A stretch of 59,826 nucleotides of DNA, counting the filler, from Bipalium vagum (lineage: Eukaryota), in the NCBI GenBank assembly GCA_037834085.1. It is 3 parts of 3 records of this genome, joined end to end, with 100 filler letters (N's around TTAATTAATTAA, not from the genome) between each part and the next. Parts side by side here need not be neighbours in the genome. Positions count along the whole stretch, not along the records: positions 1 to 18,985 come from JBBMKC010014029.1; positions 19,086 to 41,070 come from JBBMKC010228314.1; 1 more part is not named here. One strand, 5' to 3'. The position numbers and the translations under genes were made by a program. The notes below the pieces were generated by a model. That model was not told where the DNA came from, did not search any database, and saw nothing but the letters and a program-made list of their open reading frames with translations. Below are positions 14,301-22,763 of the stretch, one piece after another. Numbering within the stretch: the first letter of the stretch is position 1; each line of letters starts with the position of its first letter.

Positions 14301-16921
14301 ATTATTTAAACAAAATTGAATTTATAATTTGCAGTATTTTTAGAATAAATAATGCAAAATTATTCAAAAAGTATAAAAATTGAAATTTTAATTTTCTATT
14401 AGAAAGAGAAATCTGGGAAAATTCTTAAAATCAATTTCAATATATTTAGTGCACTTATTTTTAAAAAATTTTTGCTTTCTCATATAAAATATTTTCAGCT
14501 TTTACATATATTGTGCCAGAGGATTTCAATTCTTATTTTGCTGATAGAGAAACATGGCTATTTTGCCTTCCAAATTCACTACCGATGAGTATATATCTTA
14601 ATACCAGGGAGTTTGAAAGAATGGATAATCAGTTGGTTTATGTTGGAGGAAAATATAGTAAATCAAACATAGATATATGTGCTTATTGTTATACAAATAT
14701 GATAACATTATCTCGGAAATGTTACAAAAAAATTAGTTAGAATTTAATAAATTAATAAGTTAAAAAAAATTCATAATTGTCCAGAAAAATATTCAATACT
14801 TTTTTTGTTTATACATATTAGATTAGTTATAAATGTCATTGCTTATTTAAATTTTTAATTCATTTTGTTAAAAAGGCAATTATTAGTGATTAATAGTTTA
14901 GATTAATTTCCAATATATTCATCAAATTTTGTGCGGTTTTGATTTAAAACTTTTGACAAAGGGTAAATTTACGTATTACGCAAACATGCGGAATGGTCAT
15001 ATCAGCAGATAAATAAGACTTAATTTATCTGCTATCACTAAATATTGACAGCGAAGCGACAATAATATTCTATCAAATGAAGGAAAACTTGTCAATTTTA
15101 AGGGACAGTGAATAACAACCGAAAGGTTTGGCAGACATATCGTGAGAAATGCGTAACAAAGCCTATTAAAGGCACTCGACATATAACATGAGACTTATGT
15201 GTAGTCCAACGTGTATTATATGGCACGATCAATCGTCGCTTGAGGGATAATGATCTTCTTTTTCCTCCAGCAATCAAGCCCTTCCTTCCTGCATCTTACA
15301 ACAGCATCACCAAAAAAGGAGTTAGCAGTCATCTTCAGTTATGAATCAAAGTTTCAGATGAATAATACACAACAGTTCATTTGGCATAGGAAAGGCACTA
15401 GACTGTAGGAACGGTTTGTCTTCCCTCTTCATTGCAAAAGTTCATCTCAATGCATTTTATGGGGATTGTTCTGTAGAGATAGCTATAATAATTTGGTTAG
15501 AGTTTAACATCGGTTTAATTCAGAAGACTATGTTGAGCTATTAGATCAGTACCTCCTTCTTTTCTATCAAATAAACAACATCTAATTCTACCAGCAAGAT
15601 AATGCACCAATCAATACTTCCAAAAAGACAAGAGATTGGTGTGATGATCATGCCATTCCTCTTCTGTCGTGGGCAGCGATCAGTCCCAATGCTAACCTCA
15701 TGGAAACACACATGAAACATCAACTTCATCTTATGGCCATAAAGCTTACCACCTGTGACGACTTATTGAGAACCTGTCAGGCGCTTTGGAGCACTATCAA
15801 AGAATATTAATATATATGCACTATATGTATATACCTGAAATTATATCTCTAAAATTATGTGAAATATTGAATTTTTTTACCAGACAGTTCAGTGTAACAG
15901 ACTGTAAATATTGTTAGAGGTTAGATAATACTTTTAGGATCGTGTTTAGTTTCCAAGCCATGTTTTTTTATATCCCGTTTTTTTTCATGTTTGTTTTTAT
16001 CAAAAATAAATTTACTTTTAAACATACAAATGAATAAAAACAATAGAAAGACAATTAAGGAAAAAATTTATTAATCAAACTTATATAATAATCAAATATC
16101 ATATTGGGATCTATTTTCAAAAAATTTTGCCTGAAAGTCCATTCAGCAAGATAAGACTTCAGTACCGTTCCATATATTCCCCTCAAAATTTTGCTTGCTC
16201 AAACGTCTTGCTTTTTAATGTTCCCCAGATAGATTCAATTCGCTGAGTATTGACACCGGTCTCTTTATTCACAAAATTATATTTGTGATTGACTGTGCGA
16301 TGAGTAAAATTTTATTCTTAGCCAATTGGCAATATGCTTTTTATTCATCACTCATTACACATAATCCTTTTGTAACCACAGTTATATTGTTGCCTAAGGT
16401 AAAAAATATTTCAGCAGGAATCATCCACTATCACAAACACCCATAAGCCTTGTTCCGAGGCACAATCTTTTTGATATTTAGGCTTGAAAGTGTAATATTT
16501 ATATATTCTAATTTTAATTTATATATTCTGACCCAAGGTGTTTAAAGAATGGGCTTCCTCATTATAAATTGTTGCTCCAAATTAACAACCTTTTCAATAA
16601 TAGGCAAAATTGTGATACTTCTTTTATCGGGTATAATTTCGGTGTATCTTCTTGCTGGTTTTAAAGATATGTAAACAATGTTTGAAACCAAAGTTAGTGC
16701 AATCAGCATCCTGTCCTCAAAGTCTGTTTTTCCATACTACTATCCGTACCAAATCCAAAAATTTATTTCCAAAAGGAAGAAACGAATACAAGAAGAACTG
16801 AATTACTAAAAATGACATCAACCTTCAGTGAAAAGGGAGCTAGAGATTAGATAATACTTTTAATTAAATATTTTTTTGAACTGAAATCCGTTTTATTAAT
16901 GAATATAAAGGAAGATTAACC

Positions 16922-16987
<66 letters not shown>

Positions 16988-18254
16988 CATTTTTTTAATT
17001 TTTAAAAGGTACTCCTCCTGAGATAATTACTTTTCCCAGGGAACTCATTTATCCTATGGGAAGGCAAATAAATATTACCTGTGTTATAATACCTGAAGAT
17101 AATTCAGAATATTTTCCGGAAATAATTATAAAAGATAAGACCAAAAAACCTCACCCACGAACAATTAATAAAGACAACATTGATGAAATATGTTTATATT
17201 GTGACATTCCTTGTAGAGATTGCAATTCCAATCCAGTTAAAACTTCACAAAGATGTTATAAGCCCCAAAGTTAGTTGTTTTTAATTCTTACTAAAAAAAA
17301 ATTTTATTTTATTATTAATTTTAACAAATTTCTATACTAATCTTCTTGTCAATTCTTTAATTGATTTAATAAAAAAATAATATTGAACTCCTTTTATAAC
17401 CTTAATTAAACAAACGATTCTGATATCTAACTCATCTTCCCATTTGACATTGGTCTTAATATAGATTATTTTTATGATTAACCATCTAAAAATTAACTTT
17501 TATTTTAAAGTAATTAATAATCTATCTTAATTAAAAATCTTTGTATAATCATGTAATTTATATTTATTAATATACATTGTAACTCTGTTATAGTGAAATA
17601 TCGACTAGTGTCATTAATTTATGTAACAATTGTGTGACGTCAATTTTTAAGTGCAAGTTTTGGTTTCGATATCATGAATGATTATTTTTTTAGACATAGC
17701 GTTATCAACCTGGGTTAAAACGACAAAAAAATTTTAAAAACAAAAAAATAAAATATGAATAGTTTAAGATATCTTGTTAAAAAATTCTATTTTCTTCAAT
17801 TTGAAATAATTTTATTCAATTTATTCAAAATTATCAGCTAAAAGTTAAATTAATATGATCTATTATAAAAAGTGGAATGTAAAAGAAATTTTTTGACAAG
17901 TGAAGAGAAAATTGCAGTTATTGATTCAATAAAAAAGAAAAAATGGTGTTGGGCTAAAAAAATTTTAGAACACTATCAAATTTTTATTATTATAAATAAT
18001 TATTTAGAAAGCCTATTTATACCTCCATCATATTACACTACTACCGATACAGCAAAGATAAGCTGCCAACCGGTAACCTTAAAGGACACGAAAATTGTAC
18101 TGAATACAACAGAATATAACAAACTTAATGACCAAGAATATGAAATTGGAGGTAAATTAGACACTACCAAAAAAAATATTTGTGGTTTTTGCTATAATAG
18201 TATTTTTACAAGTGAATTGCAATGCTTTTATTTTTTAAGTAAGTTAACTGTTTG

Positions 18255-18313
<59 letters not shown>

Positions 18314-18727
18314 ACTTCGATAATAAAGATATTTTATAGAAGACTTACCAAAAGTAGTACTTTATCCTAAAGGTGGATATTATATTCCGAAAAAGCAAAT
18401 CAAAGTTTATTGTGATTTCAATCAAAAAGTTGAAAAATCCTACTACAGAGGACATAAAATTAGTGTAACTTATCAGGGTAACACTTATCATGAATACTTT
18501 CTGAATTCTTCGGATGTCGGGCCATTGTGCTTTATCTGTAACCATTACTCTCGTTTTACTTTAAAAATAGAAAAAAAAGAAACATGTCTGAATCCGCATC
18601 GTTAGTTTTATAATTTGTAAACGTTTCAAACATATTCTTGTATACTTCAAAACTTTGAATTCATATATTTATTTATTTGTTAATTTAAACAGTTTATAAG
18701 AAATACTTTTATAAAGCACATCAATAA
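8079..18727 (+). CDS. Uncharacterised secreted/cell-surface protein, ~581 aa: signal peptide + VWC-like module + three A-B pairs of Cys-rich (possibly Ig-like) domains; 8 coding exons
   Basis: Exons 8079-8307, 8355-8594, 12761-13012, 14499-14735, 17009-17269, 18008-18238, 18340-18600 and, less certain, 18693-18727. All introns are GT-AG phase 1 and join into one stop-free frame. A exons resemble each other and B exons resemble each other. Confidence 0.85.
8355..8594 (+). CDS. Exon A1 (Cys-rich domain type A)
   Basis: aaag|GA..ATAA|gtaag, 240 nt; FCQP..VLNSTDF..GG..MCAFCY..CY. Confidence 0.85.
9306..10135 (+). mobile_element. mariner element, 3'-truncated
   Basis: TA followed by a TIR-like left end ttaggttggtacataag; transposase motifs FKKGNFDLEDKFRSGRP, WIPHKL, IVTGDEK, MICVWW; frameshifted. 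Confidence 0.9.
10430..11405 (+). mobile_element. Tc3-like (Tc1 family) transposase relic
   Basis: MPKGAYLTDE.., SDEKQFNLNGPDCSTCYWRNL, QQDNAPI, EWP..PNINSFGNLWGIL; multiple frameshifts. Confidence 0.85.
11598..12430 (+). mobile_element. mariner (DD34D) transposase pseudogene
   Basis: TVKNWFKKFNSGDFS, WVPHQL, IVTCDEKWVYHDN, FHQDNAKSH, HPPYSPDIAPSDFYLF; frameshifts, 3' end lost. Confidence 0.92.
12761..13012 (+). CDS. Exon B1 (Cys-rich domain type B); absent from the ORF track because it has no start codon
   Basis: ttcag|CT..CATT|gttag, 252 nt; YEPKLVLSESITYYVVGKPLTLRC...INGDNVGEICFECHHICTWC..HCLKPH. Confidence 0.85.
14499..14735 (+). CDS. Exon A2
   Basis: ttcag|CT..ATTA|gttag, 237 nt; FCLP..YLNTREF..GG..ICAYCY..CY. 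Confidence 0.85.
15100..15800 (+). mobile_element. Tc1-like transposase relic
   Basis: IFSYESKFQ (~15331), FYQQDNAPI (~15586), SPNANLME (~15683); heavily decayed. Confidence 0.65.
15937..16840 (-). mobile_element. Merlin (IS1016/IS1595-like) transposase relic(s)
   Basis: Minus strand: EIIPDKRSITILPIIEKVV..ATIYNEEA (16550-16650), VMSDE*KAYCQL and RTVNHKYNFVNKETGVNTQRIESIWGTLK (16210-16360), the Merlin/IS1595 DDE motifs. Confidence 0.8.
16925..16987. repeat. (ATT)n microsatellite
   Basis: About 20 perfect units just upstream of the exon B2 acceptor. Confidence 0.95.
17009..17269 (+). CDS. Exon B2
   Basis: aaaag|GT..CAAA|gttagt, 261 nt; PPEIITFPRELIYPMGRQINITC...INKDNIDEICLYCDIPCRDC..RCYKPQ. 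Confidence 0.85.
18008..18238 (+). CDS. Exon A3
   Basis: tttag|AA..TTAA|gtaagt, 231 nt; ISCQP..VLNTTEY..GG..ICGFCY..CF. Confidence 0.85.
18255..18311. repeat. (ATT)n microsatellite
   Basis: About 19 units forming more than half of the A3-B3 intron. Confidence 0.95.
18340..18600 (+). CDS. Exon B3 (absent from the ORF track)
   Basis: tatag|AA..CATC|gttagt, 261 nt; LPKVVLYPKGGYYIPKKQIKVYC...LNSSDVGPLCFIC..TCLNPH. Confidence 0.85.
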
Positions 18728-18938
18728 TTTTTGCTGTACAACTGATTGTTTTATGTTTAATCACATTCGTCTGATGTATACCAGAAAGTATTACTCATTA
18801 AACTTCGAGATTTATTGGAAACAAGGAAAAATGAAAAAAGTTTTATAAAAATAAAAAAAATAAAAAAATTGTTTGGTTTAACCAAGACACCCCCCGGGAA
18901 AATATAACCAAAGAAAATCATGAAAAGGGTATAGATGT

Positions 18939-18939
<1 letters not shown>

Positions 18940-18978
<39 letters not shown>

Positions 18979-19085
18979 AATCATANNNNNNNNNNNNNNN
19001 NNNNNNNNNNNNNNNNNNNNNNNNNNNNNTTAATTAATTAANNNNNNNNNNNNNNNNNNNNNNNNNNNNNNNNNNNNNNNNNNNN

Positions 19086-19157
<72 letters not shown>
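18940..19157. repeat. (AAT)n microsatellite broken by a 100-bp assembly spacer (N44-TTAATTAATTAA-N44 at 18986-19085)
   Basis: AAT units on both sides of the N-run. Confidence 0.95.
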
Positions 19158-19636
19158 GATTTTCATCCAAACTAGGTCTTCGAAATAAGCATTTATAATT
19201 CTTTCTATAAAATATCACTTTATCTGTTCTTTCCTTGTTCAACATATTCAACTCCGTTTGACAGGGAAATATGCTATTGAATATGGTACCTTTCCAATTT
19301 AATTATATTTAAAAACCATATTATGTACCTTTCAATTTTAGATCCATTTTACTCCTCTCCTGACTATTTTGGATTCTCTATCTTTAAAATACTTTTAAAA
19401 GGTGTACAATAAGTTAAATTTATTTATTAAAAATTGGAACTTCACTCCTATCAGAATTAATTTGAAATTAATAATCAATCTTTCCGAAACAATCATTCCT
19501 TTACACAATAAACTTTTATTTATATTTTAATATTTGTGTATTTCTGGATTGCTTGTTGTCAAATATTAATTTATTTTAATCATAAAATTAATCAATTATA
19601 ACAATCGAACTCATAATATTTAAATTTAACATTTCA

Positions 19637-21574
19637 ATGACAAAAGACGAGGTTTTATACAGCTCGAATACTCTTTCTGATAATTCTATTTCAATCAGTC
19701 AGTTGAAAGAGAAGTACTCCGAATCAAAAACATCTGATGACATCTACCGATGCCTTCTAAATGACTTTTATAGTTTCGATCATTACAATACAAAATGGAT
19801 TTTGGCATCTCTTTCGTCAAATATCGGCCTAAAGCGATTGGAATTATGCAAAGATTCTAAGATGAAAATGCTGGTCAGTTACTTTGAAATTCCGGATAAT
19901 CCACTGCATAACAATGTATTAAATAAGGAAGTTGTGACACTAAACACTCCGGCTATTCATCCTTTAGCTTCTCTTTATCTTAACCCATTGGGTATGGCAA
20001 TTTATATGAGAAATGAGTCGGCCCTGCGAACAATACTCAGAATGAAGGTCAACAGTTTCTCCGATCCTTGTTTTGTACAAAAATGGTGGAGTAAAGGAAA
20101 AGATAGATATCTAACTGACTTTTCGACTATTAACATCTTAGCTCTGGCTGTTAGACGAAATTTCATGAAAGGTATTTCTATAATGATGGAATCGAATTTG
20201 GATCCCAAAATCCGTTTCTTTCACGTTGATCATATTCAATCTACCAACTCATGTAAAACACATGTTTACCAGGACGGATTGCACTTGGCATTTGACATAC
20301 TTCATGAACGTCCAGGACTGGATATTGGGAAGTATTTCAAAATAATTGTGGATAAACGAAAAATAAATAATTTCCAAATAATTTCTTATGAAATGAATTC
20401 TATTCTTAATTACCAGGATCATAAAACAGTTGAAAAAGTTCGACTTTCCTCTTTATTCCGTGTCATTCTAAAACTTGCCGTACAAACAGGTAGCTATGAA
20501 GTCTCTTCTAAATATCTCTCCATACTAGAGGTAATTCAAGCCAAAGGATTTTTTCGATATGTAAACCGTGTAATAAAACATGCTCAGAACGGACAGATGC
20601 TATTACAGGAAGACCACAAAAAGTTTTGTGAAGAATTATTTTATCTGAGGGACGAGATGGAGTCTCAAAAGCTTTACCAAGCGGACCTTGAAAAATTACC
20701 GAACTTTCCAAAAATTGGCTGCCTACTTCTCGATAGAACAATTTGTCTTGGGCTTCTAATCTCGTGGCTGACAGAAACGAAGAAAAGAGAACGTCAACAT
20801 CTGAAAAACAAACTGTCCCATCTATTACTTGTCATTTTAATTGAATCAAATTTAATCATTTGGTTCCTCCAGACATCAAACAATACAATTGCTGATTTCT
20901 TCAGTTTACCTTGCTGTAAAGTCGGACCGATTAACGAAGAATATATTATCATTTGTAAAACGATTATATTAGAAAACGTGCAACAAAACAATTTGCTCAA
21001 AATGAATATTTACAAGAAAATGAATAAATTATCCACCATTTTCTATCCATTAGGACCAAATAAACAAGGTTACAGGAAAAAATCCATATCCAAGCCCGAT
21101 TATTTGATATGTAACTCTCAAACCATTCAGTCCTGGAATCATCCGAATAAAAGATGTGAATTACAATTGTCCAGACATTATAAGTCAGAAGAGGTGCCGA
21201 TCTTATCACTGAAATACAAATTAGGGAAGACAGACCCCTCAGTTAAAGTGAAGATCTTAAGTGATGGTAATCGGACAGATTCACAAAAATCCACAAATAC
21301 CGGCTTAAGTTATAAAAATATTTCATCGCAACTCAACAGTCTTGATTCAGTAGAAGAAATTACCTATAGTAAGCAGGAATTTTTGACCAAGTATTTCCCT
21401 CCTCCACTGGTGATCAGCAAACAAAGACCTCAGATCGTAAACGCTACGAAAATCAATGAAAACTTTTCCACAAAAACTATTATTGGTCAAATGTCGCCCG
21501 GAACCAGTTGCGGAAATCAGTCTTCATTAATAGAAGATATTAATGAAAATATTAATGAAAATTATTTGTTTTGA
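19637..21574 (+). CDS. Intronless uncharacterised 645-aa protein with divergent ankyrin-like repeats in the N-terminal half
   Basis: Uninterrupted 1938-nt ORF, clearly more GC-rich than its flanks. LNPLGMAIYMRNESALRTILRM, INILALAVRRNFMKGISIMM and QDGLHLAF resemble the ankyrin TPLHxA helix-turn-helix; Ser/Thr-rich C-terminal tail; no transposase motifs. Confidence 0.8.
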   Translation: MTKDEVLYSSNTLSDNSISISQLKEKYSESKTSDDIYRCLLNDFYSFDHYNTKWILASLSSNIGLKRLELCKDSKMKMLVSYFEIPDNPLHNNVLNKEVVTLNTPAIHPLASLYLNPLGMAIYMRNESALRTILRMKVNSFSDPCFVQKWWSKGKDRYLTDFSTINILALAVRRNFMKGISIMMESNLDPKIRFFHVDHIQSTNSCKTHVYQDGLHLAFDILHERPGLDIGKYFKIIVDKRKINNFQIISYEMNSILNYQDHKTVEKVRLSSLFRVILKLAVQTGSYEVSSKYLSILEVIQAKGFFRYVNRVIKHAQNGQMLLQEDHKKFCEELFYLRDEMESQKLYQADLEKLPNFPKIGCLLLDRTICLGLLISWLTETKKRERQHLKNKLSHLLLVILIESNLIIWFLQTSNNTIADFFSLPCCKVGPINEEYIIICKTIILENVQQNNLLKMNIYKKMNKLSTIFYPLGPNKQGYRKKSISKPDYLICNSQTIQSWNHPNKRCELQLSRHYKSEEVPILSLKYKLGKTDPSVKVKILSDGNRTDSQKSTNTGLSYKNISSQLNSLDSVEEITYSKQEFLTKYFPPPLVISKQRPQIVNATKINENFSTKTIIGQMSPGTSCGNQSSLIEDINENINENYLF

Positions 21575-22431
21575 GTAAAATATTTTCATTTCATATATAA
21601 AATATTGGAAATTATTATTTTATGAATTTTATTATTCATATTGAATCGAATATTTTTCGGAATTAAATATTTAATGTTACGATTTATTTTGGTTTGATCT
21701 TTGAAAATTATTTTTTATATTAGTATTATTTCTGAAAAAATATTTCTGAAATTAAAAAAGATTAAAAATAATCAACTTGGATTTTTAATAATTTAATAAT
21801 AATAATAATAAATATACTAATAATACTAATAAATAAAAAAAAATAATGTGGGAGTTTGTGTCAAAAAGAAAAATGGAATCATTTTCAAATTTCAATTATC
21901 TATAAATTAGTTTTAAATCCCAATTATAAAAAAATTATAATTCAGTCATCAAAGTTTCAAATCCAATTATCAAAAGTCAAAAAATTTTGCCATTGTGATT
22001 TAATTTATTTAATTACATTTGATTTTGGCAAGTCATGAAACCAGCTATCATTTAATTATGATTTATTATAATAATAATTACTTTGTTTAAATTTTAGTTT
22101 AGCATTTTATGTGAAATGATATCGATTTACATTTACATTATTTAGTAAAATTAATTAGATTTTTTAAAAATATAAGATAATTAAATTAAAATAATTGTAA
22201 AAGAAAATACAGGAATTAAAAAAAATTATATTTTTAAAGAAAAAAGAGTATAATTGACGACAGCTGAGCAGGAAGAGTATAGTGAACAGGTAAAAGTCAG
22301 AGTTGAGAAAGGCATAATTTATCTAAAATAAATAAAAAAATAAAATTACTTTTTCATAATGTGGTAATTTTCAAAACTAAAAGAATCCACATTGGAAAAT
22401 AAATAAATAGCGGCAGAAAAGAAATACTTAC

Positions 22432-22763
22432 TAACGGGTGTTCATTTGAAATTTGGAATGATGTTATACCTGGTATAAAAGTTAAGTAATCGAGTTACAA
22501 AATTTATTTCAACACAAATTAAACAGCAGGCATCAGAGAATTAGAAAATATCAATGAAACAAAGAGTCAGGTCCATTGGTTCTAGCCTTTCTCAACTTAA
22601 CTCTCACATCTCTCATCATGGCACGTACAGCAGTGAAATATAACTTTTTCAAACAGTATTTAATTCTTCTTTTGAGTTTTGACTTGACTTAAATTTTTAA
22701 ATTAACTATTTAACTTTTATAGCAGCTATAACATCATTACAAATTTCAAGAGAACAACCGTTA
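22432..22763. mobile_element. MITE with ~70-bp imperfect terminal inverted repeats (Tc1/mariner-type ends)
   Basis: Left end taacgggtgttcatttgaaatttggaatgatgttatacctggtataaaagttaa; reverse complement of right end taacggttgttctcttgaaatttgtaatgatgttatagctgctataaaagttaa; TA at both ends. Confidence 0.8.

Noticed and set aside
17872-18007. N-terminal part of ORF 17872-18255 as a standalone gene
   Set aside because: Homology to A1/A2 starts at the acceptor at 18007. The upstream part is intron, and KRNFLTSEEKIAVI resembles a pogo HTH start.
19030-19041. Palindromic TTAATTAATTAA between N-runs (also 41115-41126)
   Set aside because: Identical N44-12mer-N44 construct with six-frame stops: an assembly linker, not biology. 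Adjacency across these gaps is therefore less certain.
20002-21209. Minus-strand ORFs overlapping the 645-aa gene, and + strand ORFs overlapping PBRM1 exons
   Set aside because: Antisense shadows of real coding sequence, with no motifs of their own.
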